A DNA stretch of 34,710 nucleotides from Planctomycetota bacterium (GTDB lineage: Bacteria; Planctomycetota; MHYJ01; WSZJ01). Of this stretch, positions 17,829 through 27,057 are shown piece by piece (positions within the stretch are counted from its first letter, which is position 1; each line of letters begins with the position of its first letter). The position numbers and the translations under genes are program-made. Under the pieces are notes generated by a model. It ran no database searches. It saw only the letters and a program-made list of their open reading frames with translations, and was not told the DNA's origin. The DNA is taken from contig JBBTCT010000019.1 of assembly GCA_038060895.1 (NCBI GenBank), positions 53,217 through 87,926 on the forward strand. The letters are read 5' to 3'.

Positions 17829-17863
17829 GGACACATGTCATCACATAGACTGACACATGTCAA
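17829..17863 (-). promoter_or_regulatory. TA promoter/operator: two GACACATGTCA copies 22 bp apart overlapping a TTGACA -35
   Basis: GACACATGTCA at 17830-17840 and 17852-17862 (pseudo-palindrome TGACA-NN-TGTCA); minus-strand TTGACA at 17863-17858. Confidence 0.7.
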
Positions 17864-17869
17864 CACCCT

Positions 17870-18820
17870 TTATCCGTGCTCCTCCAGCCACCGTTCGCAG
17901 TCGATCGCCGCCGCGCACCCGGTTCCCGCCGCCGTGATGGCCTGCCGGTAGCGCGAGTCCGAGACGTCGCCGCACGCGAACACACCCTCGACGCTCGTGG
18001 ACGTATGCTCCGTCAGCTTCACGTATCCCTTTTCGTCGAGCGCCACCTGGCCCGTGAACACTTTCGTGTTCGGCTCGTGACCGATCGCCAGGAACACGCC
18101 GTCCGTCCGGAAATCCGTCACGGCGCCCGTCTTCGTGTCCTTCAGCTTCACCCCGAGCACCCTCTTGTCGTCCCCGTAGATTTCCTCCACCGCCTTGTTC
18201 AGCTGCCAGGCCACCTTCGGGTTCGCCTTCATCCGGTCGATCATGATCCTCGAAGCGCGGAACTCCTCTCGCCGGTGGACGAGCGTGACCTTCGAGGCGA
18301 ATCGAGTCAGGAAGTTCCCTTCTTCCATCGCCGAGTCGCCGCCGCCGACGACGACGAGTTCTTTCCCCTTGAAAAGCGCACCGTCGCAGGTGGCGCAAGC
18401 GGAGACGCCCTTGTTTGCGAACTTCAATTCGCTGGGCAGGCCGATGTACTTTGCGCGCGCGCCCGTCGCGAGGATGACCGCCTTCGACTCATGGAGCGTC
18501 TCTCCGACCCACACCTTGAAGGGCCGCTTCGAGAAGTCGACCTTCGTGACGACTTCTTCGCGGCAGTCGGTGCCGAATCGTTTCGACTGCGCGCGGAACT
18601 TCTCCATCAGGTCGGGCCCTTCGACGCCTTCCGGGAAGCCGGGATAGTTTTCGACTTCGGAGGTGATCATGAGCTGGCCGCCGGTCTGGGGCTCCGGGGG
18701 CTTGGCGTAGGGGTCGCCTTCAAAGAGAACCGGCTTGAGGTTGGCTCTCGATGTGTAAATCGCCGCGGTGAATCCGGCGGGGCCGGAACCGATGATGATG
18801 ACGTTGTGGATGGTGCTCAA
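17870..18820 (-). CDS. trxB: Thioredoxin-disulfide reductase
   Basis: IIGSGPAGFTAAIY, VENYPGF, CATCDG, GGGDSAMEEG and YRQAITAAGTG; TTG start after AGGAG. Confidence 0.97.
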   Translation of the reverse strand: MSTIHNVIIIGSGPAGFTAAIYTSRANLKPVLFEGDPYAKPPEPQTGGQLMITSEVENYPGFPEGVEGPDLMEKFRAQSKRFGTDCREEVVTKVDFSKRPFKVWVGETLHESKAVILATGARAKYIGLPSELKFANKGVSACATCDGALFKGKELVVVGGGDSAMEEGNFLTRFASKVTLVHRREEFRASRIMIDRMKANPKVAWQLNKAVEEIYGDDKRVLGVKLKDTKTGAVTDFRTDGVFLAIGHEPNTKVFTGQVALDEKGYVKLTEHTSTSVEGVFACGDVSDSRYRQAITAAGTGCAAAIDCERWLEEHG

Positions 18821-18851
18821 GCGGTCTCCTTGGCTCTCGAACGATTCTCGG

Positions 18852-19505
18852 TCACTTCACCAATGCCAGCACTTCCTTCACCATGGATTCGATGCCCGGC
18901 CACGCTTCCGCCGCGTTCTTCGCGCACATGTAGGCCGGGGTCGTCACGATACGGTTCTTGCGGTCGACCACGGCCTGCCCGGCGGACGCCGACTTGTGCT
19001 TTGCGCCCATCGCCTCAAGCGCCTTCGCCGTGCCCGCGTCGTTGCCGATCGTCAGCTCCGGATGCGCGTCGCCGCCAAAGATCTTCGCGACGAGAGCCGG
19101 GGCGATGCAGGCCGCGCCGATCGGCTTCCCTGCCGCGTGAAGATCGCGAAGCAGCTTCGCCGTCGGCTCATTGACCTTGCAGTCCGCACCGTCGACGGCG
19201 AAGGTGCAGAGGTTTTTCGCCGCGCCGAACCCTCCCGGCAGAACTGCGGCGTCGACATCTTTCGCGGCAACTTTCGCGATGTCTCGGATCTGGCCACGCG
19301 CGATGCGGGCCGACTCGACGAGAACGTTGCGCTTTTCGCCGGGCTTGCCGGTCGCGTGGTTGACGCTCGTGCACTCCATGTCGGGCGCGCAGAACACGAT
19401 CTCGGCGCCGGCCTGCTGAAGAGCCAGCAGGCAAAGGACGGCCTCGTGGATTTCGGAGCCGTCCTGGACTCCGCAGCCGGAAAGAATGAGGGCGACTTTG
19501 GGCAT
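18852..19505 (-). CDS. elbB: ElbB glyoxalase (DJ-1/PfpI/ES1 family)
   Basis: LSGCGVQDGSEIHEAVL, RNVLVESARIARG, PGGFGAAKNL and TTPAYM; SD AAGGAG before ATG 19505. Confidence 0.93.
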   Translation of the reverse strand: MPKVALILSGCGVQDGSEIHEAVLCLLALQQAGAEIVFCAPDMECTSVNHATGKPGEKRNVLVESARIARGQIRDIAKVAAKDVDAAVLPGGFGAAKNLCTFAVDGADCKVNEPTAKLLRDLHAAGKPIGAACIAPALVAKIFGGDAHPELTIGNDAGTAKALEAMGAKHKSASAGQAVVDRKNRIVTTPAYMCAKNAAEAWPGIESMVKEVLALVK

Positions 19506-19526
19506 GAAGGGCTCCTTGTTCACGAG

Positions 19527-19585
19527 CCCATGCCCTTGCCCACCGGTGAGCAAGTCGAAGCTTGCTCGGTGGGCAGGGGCAAGGG
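19527..19585. repeat. Intergenic hairpin with hexamer-repeat arms (GCCCNT)
   Basis: CCCATGCCCTTGCCCACC(ggt)GAGCAAG-tcgaag-CTTGCTC-GGTGGGCAGGGGCAAGGG. Confidence 0.75.
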
Positions 19586-19586
19586 A

Positions 19587-21005
19587 CTACAGACCTATGG
19601 AAACGTGCTTCACCTCAACGTATTCCTCGATCCCCCACTTCCCGCCTTCTCTTCCCATGCCGCTTTCCTTCATTCCGCCGAAGGGCGCCTGCGGGACACC
19701 CGGCGATGGATCGTTGACCCCGATGATGCCGTATTCCAGCGCTTCGGCGACGCGGAAGAGCCTGGAAGCGTCCTTCGTGAAGAAGTACGCGGCGAGGCCA
19801 TAGGGCGTATCGTTCGCCAGCCGCAAAACTTCTTCTTCCGTCCGAAACGCCACGACGGGCGCCACCGGCCCGAAGGTCTCCTCGCGCAGCACTCTCGCTT
19901 CCGCGGGCACGCCCGTCATCACCGTCGGCTCGAACCACTTCCCATCCCTTACTCGCCCGCCACACAGTACTTTCGCGCCGCGGCGCTTCGCGTCCTCGAC
20001 GTGCTCGATCACCTTCTTCAGCCCGCCCTCGTCGATCATCGGCCCGATCTGCGTTTTCTCATCCATCCCGTCGCCGATTACCAACGCCGAAGCGCGGTCG
20101 GCGAGTTTTTTCGCGAAGGCGTCGTGGACTTCCTGCTGCACGTACACGCGGTTGGCGCAGATGCAGGTCTGGCCGGAGTTCCGGAACTTGTTCGCAACGC
20201 AGCCGTCGGCGGCCTTGTCGAGATCCGCGTCCGCGAAAACGATGAACGGCGCATGGCCGCCGAGCTCGAGCGCGACCCGTTTCAACCCGTCGGCGGCGCC
20301 GCGCATGAGGAGCTTTCCGACTTCGGTGCTCCCGGTGAACGCGATCTTCCGGACCTTCGGGTGCGCGAGCATCTCCTTCGCAATCGGCTCCGGGTTGCCC
20401 GTGATGACGTTCAGCACTCCCGGCGGAAGCATCGCCGCCTCGAACAGCTCCGCCAGCGCAAGCGCCGACAACGGCGTCTGTTCCGCAGGCTTGATCACGA
20501 CCGTGCACCCCGCCGCGAGTGCGGGCGCGACCTTGCGCGTGATCATCGCGGCCGGGAAATTCCACGGCGTGATCGCCGCCACGACGCCCAGCGGCTGCTT
20601 CAACACCAGGTGCCGCTTCCCCGCCACGCTCGCCGGGATCGTCTCTCCGTAGACCCGCCGCGCCTCCTCCGCGCTCCACCGCACGAAATCCGCGGCGTAC
20701 TGGATCTCCGCCAGCGCTTCCCGGATCGGCTTCCCGTTTTCCCGGGTCAGAAGCGCCGCGAGCTCGCGCGCCCTGGTGAGCATCTGGGCGTACACATTGA
20801 AGAGGACGTTGGCGCGGTCGATCGCCGGAAGCGCCGCCCATGCGGGAAAAGCGGCGGCAGCCGCATCCAGCGCGCGGCGCGCCTCGGCGGCGCCGCAGTC
20901 GGGAACGCGCGCGATTTCCTCGCCCGTTGCCGGATTCCGGACGGAGAAGGTGGCGCCGCCATCCGCGCCCTCCCACGCACCGTTGATCCAGTTCACCGTT
21001 TTCAC
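19587..21005 (-). CDS. gabD: NAD(P)-dependent succinate-semialdehyde dehydrogenase
   Basis: GTG start VKTVNWINGAW; ITPWNFPAAMITRK, KPAEQTP, FTGSTEVG, LELGGHAP, NSGQTCIC and EETFGPVAP. Confidence 0.9.
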   Translation of the reverse strand: MKTVNWINGAWEGADGGATFSVRNPATGEEIARVPDCGAAEARRALDAAAAAFPAWAALPAIDRANVLFNVYAQMLTRARELAALLTRENGKPIREALAEIQYAADFVRWSAEEARRVYGETIPASVAGKRHLVLKQPLGVVAAITPWNFPAAMITRKVAPALAAGCTVVIKPAEQTPLSALALAELFEAAMLPPGVLNVITGNPEPIAKEMLAHPKVRKIAFTGSTEVGKLLMRGAADGLKRVALELGGHAPFIVFADADLDKAADGCVANKFRNSGQTCICANRVYVQQEVHDAFAKKLADRASALVIGDGMDEKTQIGPMIDEGGLKKVIEHVEDAKRRGAKVLCGGRVRDGKWFEPTVMTGVPAEARVLREETFGPVAPVVAFRTEEEVLRLANDTPYGLAAYFFTKDASRLFRVAEALEYGIIGVNDPSPGVPQAPFGGMKESGMGREGGKWGIEEYVEVKHVSIGL

Positions 21006-21010
21006 AGGCG

Positions 21011-21080
21011 CCCCATCCCAATCCCCATCCCTATCCCTCCCCATCCCCTTCCCGCATTTCCCAATCCCCTGCCGTTGCCC
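21011..21080. repeat. Degenerate hexameric C-rich tandem repeat (11 C3-4 runs; G-tracts on the mRNA strand)
   Basis: CCCCATCCCAATCCCCATCCCTATCCCTCCCCATCCCCTTCCC... fills the aspA-gabD spacer. Confidence 0.8.
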
Positions 21081-22474
21081 TACTCGTGAATCCCCGGCTC
21101 CGTCAGCTTCCTCGCATCGAGAATCTCCAGCACCTTCTCGCGCGGCATCAGCCCCTTCTCGACCACCACGTCCACGATCGACTTCTTCGTCGCCAGCGCT
21201 TCCTTGATGCACTCGGCGACTTTCAGGTAGCCGAGCTGCGGGTTCAGCGCGGTGCCGATCGTGGCGTTGATGTCGGCGAAGTGCTTGCAGCGTTCGGCGT
21301 CGGCGGCGGTGCCGTCGACGCAGCGTTCGCAGAGGACGTTGACGCCGTTGGCGAGCCACTGGATGGAGCTGATGAGCTCGTACCCGATGATCGGCATCAT
21401 GACGTTAAGCTCGAGCTGGCCCGCCTGGGCGCAGTAGCTGACCGTCTGGCAGCGCCCGAGGATCGCGAAGCCGAGCTGGTTGACCATCTCGAGGATCGAA
21501 GGGTTGATCTTGCCGGGCATGATGGAGCTGCCGGGCTGAACGGCGGGGACGCGGATCTCCGCAAGCCCGGTCAGCGGGCCGCTGCAGAGCAGGCGCATGT
21601 CGTTGCAGATGCGCGTGAGGTCGAGGACGAAACTCTGGATCGCGAATGCGACGTCCTGGATCGAGCGCATCGACTGCATGGCTTCGAAGTAGTCGCCGGC
21701 CATCCGGAGTTTTTCGCCGGTCTGTTCCGAGAGAGCCTTGGCGACCCGGGGCCGGTACTCCGCGTGGACGTTCATCCCCGTCCCGGCGGCGCTTCCGCCC
21801 AACCCCAGCTCGCGCAAGCCGTCCGCGCTCGCCTCGATGGACTTCGCGTGCCGGCCGCAGTTGAACCCGTAGGCGCCGAATTCCTGGCCGAGCCGCACGG
21901 GAACTGCGTCCTGGAGGTGCGTTCGCCCGGTCTTGACGATCCCGTCGAACTCCTTCGCCTTGGCCGCGAAGCTCTTCTCGAGCCGCTGCACCGCCTTCAC
22001 CAGCCCCGGCAGCGAGTCGAGGGCCGCCAGCCGGATCGCCGTCGGGATGACGTCGTTCGTTGATTGCCCCATGTTCACGTGGTCGTTCGGCGAGCACAGC
22101 GCCACGTCGCCGCGCTTCCCGCCGAGGATCTCGCACGCCCGGTTCGCGAGGACCTCGTTGCAGTTCATGTTGTGGGACGTGCCGGCGCCGGCCTGGAAAA
22201 TGTCCACGACGAACTGGTCGGCGTGTAGCCCGGACAGGACCTCGTCCGCGGCCTTCACGATCGCGTCGGCCTTCTCCTTCGGCAGCAGCTTCAGCCCCTT
22301 GTGGACCTTCGCCGCCGCCTTCTTGATCTGGATCGTCGCCTTCACGAACGCCGGCAATGGCCGGAGCCCGCTGATCGGGTAGTTCTCGACCGCACGCTGT
22401 GTCTGGACGCCGTAGTACGCCACGGCAGGCACCTTCAGCTCGCCAAGCGAGTCCTTCTCGATGCGGAATTCCAT
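21080..22474 (-). CDS. aspA: Aspartate ammonia-lyase (class II fumarase/aspartase superfamily)
   Basis: RIEKDSLGE, YYGVQTQRA, QAGAGTSHNMN, GRTHLQDAVP, GSSIMPGKINP and GQLELNVM. Confidence 0.85.
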   Translation of the reverse strand: MEFRIEKDSLGELKVPAVAYYGVQTQRAVENYPISGLRPLPAFVKATIQIKKAAAKVHKGLKLLPKEKADAIVKAADEVLSGLHADQFVVDIFQAGAGTSHNMNCNEVLANRACEILGGKRGDVALCSPNDHVNMGQSTNDVIPTAIRLAALDSLPGLVKAVQRLEKSFAAKAKEFDGIVKTGRTHLQDAVPVRLGQEFGAYGFNCGRHAKSIEASADGLRELGLGGSAAGTGMNVHAEYRPRVAKALSEQTGEKLRMAGDYFEAMQSMRSIQDVAFAIQSFVLDLTRICNDMRLLCSGPLTGLAEIRVPAVQPGSSIMPGKINPSILEMVNQLGFAILGRCQTVSYCAQAGQLELNVMMPIIGYELISSIQWLANGVNVLCERCVDGTAADAERCKHFADINATIGTALNPQLGYLKVAECIKEALATKKSIVDVVVEKGLMPREKVLEILDARKLTEPGIHE

Positions 22475-22554
22475 CTGGGACCTCTCCCTGAAAATTGCGT
22501 GGGGCGGACACGATATCCCTGCGCGGGATTGAGGTGAAGCGAAAGCGCGGGCGG

Positions 22555-25500
22555 CTACGCGAGAGTTTCGAGCAACCTCGCGTGGTGCGCATCGCCGGCC
22601 TTGAGCGCCAGGTCGAGGGCGGCGGCGCGGCGGCGCTCCGCCTCGGCGGAGTTCCCCAGGGCGCGGTTTGCCTCTACAAGATCGAGCTCGAAATCCATCC
22701 GGTCCTCGAACTGAAACGGCGATCCGTCGCCGATGATCGCGCCCGCGAGCCAGGAGCGGGCCTCGTCCAGCAGCCCGACGCGTGCCGCGATTGCGGCCAT
22801 CGCGGCCCGCGCGGAAGCCGGGGCATGCGCCCGGCGCTGTGAAACGGGCGGTGCCAGGAAGCGCTCAAATCCAGCGCGCGCCCGTTCCGGATCAACGCGG
22901 CGGAAGACGTTGCCGCGCATCCATGCGGTCTCGGCCTGCCAGTCCTGGTCGAACTCAGCCGACGAAACGGCGTACCGCTTCAGGAATGCCTCCGCCTCTT
23001 CGAGACGACCCGAGGCTGCGGCCGCGAACGCCCCGGCCCGAAGCGCCGCGGGAAGGAACTGCGGCGAGGGCGCCCTGTCGAATTCCTCGATCGCGATCCG
23101 GGCTGCCGACAGGGCCTCCTCTACGTGGCCCGTCAACCGGAGGATCCGGGACAGAATGACCTGGACGAGGGCCGTCGCGACCGAATCTCCGATCAGGGTC
23201 CTGATCGAGAGTGACTCGCGGCTGAGTCGCTCCGCTTCTTCAAGATTGCCGTAGTCCAGCGAGATGTTCGACAGGCCCGCAAGCGCAACCGCCACCCCCG
23301 CGCGGTGCCCGATTGCCCCGGAGAGCTCCAGCGACTCGGAGAAGAGACGCTGCGCCTCCTCGTGGCGATCCATGAAATAGACGGTTGTTCCCATGTTCCC
23401 GAGAGTCTTCGCGATTCCCCACCGGTCGCCGATCCGCCGCTGGAGCTGAAGCGATTCCTCGAAGGCGCCGAGCGATGCGGGAAGATCGCCGGCGACATGG
23501 AGCGAGAGCCCGAGATTGCCGAGGTAGGCGGCAGCATGGCGTTCGTCCCCGATTTCGCGGGCGAGGGAAATCGCCTCCGTGATCAACCGGACGGTGTCAA
23601 CGCGATCTCCGCGGATCCAGAGGATCTGGGCGCGAAGGCTGAGAAGAGCCATCAGGTGGGCGCGGTCCCGCGTGGCCCTCAAACGCGGCTCCTCCGCCAC
23701 GGCAATGGCGCTCGCCTCTTCCACACGGTTCTGATTGATGAGGGCCCGCATGACCTGGATGGCGGCGCCGCGCCGGAAATCTTCGTCGGGCGGAGACGCG
23801 AGGGCCCTCTGGCCGACGGCGAGGCTGCCCGCAAAGTCCGAGAGGGCGTAGAGCGCGTCCGACGTCACGGCATCCGCGCGAGCGGCGTCTGCCGGCGCCG
23901 CACCCGCGCGGGCGATCACCTTCCGGGCCTCTTCGCACGCCTCGCGGAAGTTCCCTCCAGCGCGCAGCTGTTCTGCCAGCATGACCCGGTTGCAATCGGT
24001 CGGGTCGAGCCTGACCGCGTCGCGCGCGGCCGATTCGGCCTCCCCAAAAGCGAGGGCGCGCGCGGCCTCGAGCGAACCCTGGATCCAGTCGCGCGCCGCG
24101 CCGGCGGCGTCGCCCGCCGCTTCGCGCTGCGCGGCAGCGAGCGATAGCACCCCTCTCCCCGCGTCACGCCGGGCCTCCAGCGACTGCGCCGCGGCGGCAT
24201 GAAGCCGCGTCCTTTCGCGCTTCGGCAGCAACCCATACGCCGCTTCACGGATCAGCGCATGGCGGAAGACGAGCTCGCGTTCGCCGGGAAGAAGCGACGA
24301 CGGGTGCGAGGCGACGAGCCCCCGGACGGCGGCCTCTTCCAGGGAAGCTGCCGATCCTCCGAGGCTCTCGAGAAGGCCCAGCCAGAAGACACGGCCGAAG
24401 ACGCTCGCGATCTTGAGTGTCTCCTTCGTCTCCGCTGGAAGCGTGTCCAGGCGGGCGACGAGAACGGCGGCCAGCGAGCTCGGCGCGCCGCCGGATCCCG
24501 ACGACAGGTGGCGCGCGAGTTCCTCGATGTAGAGCGGGTGGCCGCCGGCCTGGGCGACCACGGCCGCCAGCGTCGCCTCGTCGATCCCTGCGCCGGCCAC
24601 GCGGCGCGCCAGGTCCGTCGCGTCGGCGGCTGCAATTTCGTCGAGCGGGAATTTCTCAAACCCGGCCGGCGTCGCGACGCCGGGACGTGCCGTCGCGAGG
24701 ATCCCGACACCCTTTCCACGAAGTCCGGCGGCGAGATGCTCCAGAAGCGCCAGGGTGCCCGGATCCGCCCAGTGGATGTCCTCGAGATAGAGGAGCACCG
24801 GGTGATTCCGGGCGCGCGATTCAAACCAGAGGGACCAGGCGCGGCGCGTTTCACTCGCGGCCCGAAGCGGATCCCCGAATCTCACGCGGGAGTCGCCGAC
24901 AGGCCAGCCGGCGGAGAGGGCGACGAGGTCCGCGAGGTTTTCACGTTCCATCGCCGGCAGGTCGAGAGCGCCCAGGTCCGCGGCAATCGCCTCCACCCGG
25001 CCTCCTGCGGCGGAGGCGATTTCGGCAAAGGGCGCGAGCGGAAGTCGGGCGGCCTCGATCACTCTCCCGGCAAGGGCTTCGAGCCCCGGCGCGGAGGCGC
25101 GCAGGCGACGGCGGAATTCGCCCGCAAGCCGGCTCTTCCCCACCCCCGCTTCGCCCTCGACGACGGCGAACAGCGCGCCCTCCTTGAAGCGCCGCATCAG
25201 GTCCGCGAGTTCGGTCTCGCGTCCGACGAAAGGGGCGCTTGCGGCCGGCGAGAGTCGCAGCTCCGTCTGCCCCGTCGTCACCTCCTCCGCCACGCACGCC
25301 TCGACTTCCTGCCCGCGGCCCTTCACCCGCGCGATCTGCGGTTTCCCGTACCGGGCCGCGTGCGGCGCCGCGCGGGCGACGGCCAGGGAGACAAGGACGG
25401 AACCGGGCTCGGCGGCGGATTCCAGCCGCTGCGCGACGTTCACCGCATCTCCCGTCGCCGTCGGCCGGTCGCCGCCGACGCTTCCCCAGAGAACTTCCCC

Positions 25501-25821
25501 CGCGTTGACGCCGATTCGAACGCGCAGGTCAGCGCGGCGCTCCGCGGCGAAGGCCACCGCTTCTTTCTGCATCTGGAGAGACGCCCGAACGGCGCGTGCC
25601 GGATCGTCGGCGTGGGCGACCGGTGCGCCAAAGAGAGCCATCACTGCGTCGCCGATGAACTTGTCGACCGCGCCGCCCTCGCGCTCGATGGCGGATCGGA
25701 AGCGTTTGAACAGGGCGTCGATGAGTTCCTGGACGTCTTCGGGGTCCATCGACTCGGACAAGCCCGTGAATCCGGAAACGTCGGCGAACACGACGGTGAC
25801 GTTTCGACGTTCGGCGGGCAT
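22555..25821 (-). CDS. Class III adenylate/guanylate cyclase - STAND AAA ATPase - TPR protein
   Basis: FADVSGFT, DKFIGDAVMALFG and GDAVNVAQRL; FVGRETEL; Walker A GEAGVGKS; Walker B LLYLEDIHWAD; GHPLYIEE; C-terminal TPR-like repeats (LGNLG..GD). Confidence 0.9.
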   Translation of the reverse strand: MPAERRNVTVVFADVSGFTGLSESMDPEDVQELIDALFKRFRSAIEREGGAVDKFIGDAVMALFGAPVAHADDPARAVRASLQMQKEAVAFAAERRADLRVRIGVNAGEVLWGSVGGDRPTATGDAVNVAQRLESAAEPGSVLVSLAVARAAPHAARYGKPQIARVKGRGQEVEACVAEEVTTGQTELRLSPAASAPFVGRETELADLMRRFKEGALFAVVEGEAGVGKSRLAGEFRRRLRASAPGLEALAGRVIEAARLPLAPFAEIASAAGGRVEAIAADLGALDLPAMERENLADLVALSAGWPVGDSRVRFGDPLRAASETRRAWSLWFESRARNHPVLLYLEDIHWADPGTLALLEHLAAGLRGKGVGILATARPGVATPAGFEKFPLDEIAAADATDLARRVAGAGIDEATLAAVVAQAGGHPLYIEELARHLSSGSGGAPSSLAAVLVARLDTLPAETKETLKIASVFGRVFWLGLLESLGGSAASLEEAAVRGLVASHPSSLLPGERELVFRHALIREAAYGLLPKRERTRLHAAAAQSLEARRDAGRGVLSLAAAQREAAGDAAGAARDWIQGSLEAARALAFGEAESAARDAVRLDPTDCNRVMLAEQLRAGGNFREACEEARKVIARAGAAPADAARADAVTSDALYALSDFAGSLAVGQRALASPPDEDFRRGAAIQVMRALINQNRVEEASAIAVAEEPRLRATRDRAHLMALLSLRAQILWIRGDRVDTVRLITEAISLAREIGDERHAAAYLGNLGLSLHVAGDLPASLGAFEESLQLQRRIGDRWGIAKTLGNMGTTVYFMDRHEEAQRLFSESLELSGAIGHRAGVAVALAGLSNISLDYGNLEEAERLSRESLSIRTLIGDSVATALVQVILSRILRLTGHVEEALSAARIAIEEFDRAPSPQFLPAALRAGAFAAAASGRLEEAEAFLKRYAVSSAEFDQDWQAETAWMRGNVFRRVDPERARAGFERFLAPPVSQRRAHAPASARAAMAAIAARVGLLDEARSWLAGAIIGDGSPFQFEDRMDFELDLVEANRALGNSAEAERRRAAALDLALKAGDAHHARLLETLA

Positions 25822-25824
25822 CCG

Positions 25825-26835
25825 TTATCCGCCGATGAAGGACATTTCGACCTTCGGGAGGCCGGCGGTATCCGCCGAACGCAGCTCGGAATACCGGTCG
25901 CCGCGGACTCGCCAGGCGGACGCGATCGTGTCGGCGAGCTGGGCATCGGACGCGCCGCTCCGGAGCGGGCCGCGGACGTCGGTCCCCTGCACGGCGAAGA
26001 GGCAGGTAAAAAGGCGGCCGTCGGCGGACAGGCGGGCGCGATTACAGCCTCGGCAGAAGGCCTGGGTCACCGAGGAAATGAAGCCGATTTCCCCGGCGCC
26101 GTCGCGGAAGCGCCAGCGTCCGGCGACTTCGCCCGGGTAGTTTGGATCGAGCGGTTCGATCTGCCACTCGGCGCCGATCGTGGCGATCAGCTCGCGCGAA
26201 GGGACAACTTCGTCCATGCGCCAGCCGTTGGTCGTGCCGACGTCCATGAACTCGATGAAGCGAAGGATGTGGCCCGAGCCGCGGAAATGGCGGGCGAGGT
26301 CGAGGACGCCGCCGAGGTTCACGCTTCGCTTGACGACGCAATTGACTTTGACCGGCTTGAAACCTGCGGCGGCGGCCGCTTCGATGCCGTCGAGGACGCG
26401 TGCCACGGGGAATGCGACATCGTTCAGCTTGGCGAAAACGGCGTCGTCGAGCGAGTCGAGGCTGACGGTCACGCGCTTCAGGCCTGCTTCCGCGAATCCG
26501 GGCGCCAGGTCCACAAGAGTTGACCCGTTGGTGGTCAGGGTGAGGTCGAGTCCGGGAATGGGCGCGAGGAGGCGAACGAGTTTGTGGAGGTCCCGGCGAA
26601 GCGTGGGCTCTCCGCCCGTGAGGCGGACTTTTTCGACGCCGATGTCGCGGAAGATGCGGACAACGCGGGCCAATTCTTCGAAGGTCAGCAACTCCTTGCG
26701 GTCGAGAAACGCGTAATCGGGGCCGAAGACCGCCCGCGGCATGCAGTAGGTGCAGCGGAAGTTGCACCGGTCCGTGACCGAGATGCGAAGGTCGCGCAGG
26801 GGTCGGCGCAGGGTGTCGAGGAGCGGCGCGGTCAT
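25825..26835 (-). CDS. moaA: GTP 3',8-cyclase MoaA
   Basis: LRISVTDRCNFRCTYCMP, TGGEP, FCRGCNRARLSADG..C and C-terminal MSFIGG; TACGAT 6 nt before ATG 26835. Confidence 0.96.
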   Translation of the reverse strand: MTAPLLDTLRRPLRDLRISVTDRCNFRCTYCMPRAVFGPDYAFLDRKELLTFEELARVVRIFRDIGVEKVRLTGGEPTLRRDLHKLVRLLAPIPGLDLTLTTNGSTLVDLAPGFAEAGLKRVTVSLDSLDDAVFAKLNDVAFPVARVLDGIEAAAAAGFKPVKVNCVVKRSVNLGGVLDLARHFRGSGHILRFIEFMDVGTTNGWRMDEVVPSRELIATIGAEWQIEPLDPNYPGEVAGRWRFRDGAGEIGFISSVTQAFCRGCNRARLSADGRLFTCLFAVQGTDVRGPLRSGASDAQLADTIASAWRVRGDRYSELRSADTAGLPKVEMSFIGG

Positions 26836-27057
26836 GGCGTCATCGTAGCTCTGCGTGGCGGACATGAACAGAAGGGGCGCGGCGATTGATTGCCTGCAGT
26901 CAGAGCGCGTGAAAAATTCGTGCGCCGTCGTCGGTCGGACCGCGCACGCCCGACGTCGTAACTGCTCGACGCCGGGGCGCGCGGCCCGGCCGCCGCCGTC
27001 GCCCGAATGTTTCTCGCGTCCTCATTCTGCGCTTCAATGAGGGCCAAAGGAGCTCTC

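Noticed and set aside
21006-21359. 118-aa N-terminal extension of gabD in the ORF track
   Set aside because: Overlaps aspA and runs through the hexamer repeat; ALDH homology starts at GTG 21005.
18768-26523. Long + strand ORFs (773 aa at 18768, 774 aa at 24199, and others)
   Set aside because: Antisense to clearly identified elbB, gabD, aspA, cyclase and moaA.
26836-27057. Moco riboswitch upstream of moaA
   Set aside because: No recognisable consensus by eye, and a -10 box 6 nt before the ATG implies no leader; an Infernal/Rfam scan would settle it.
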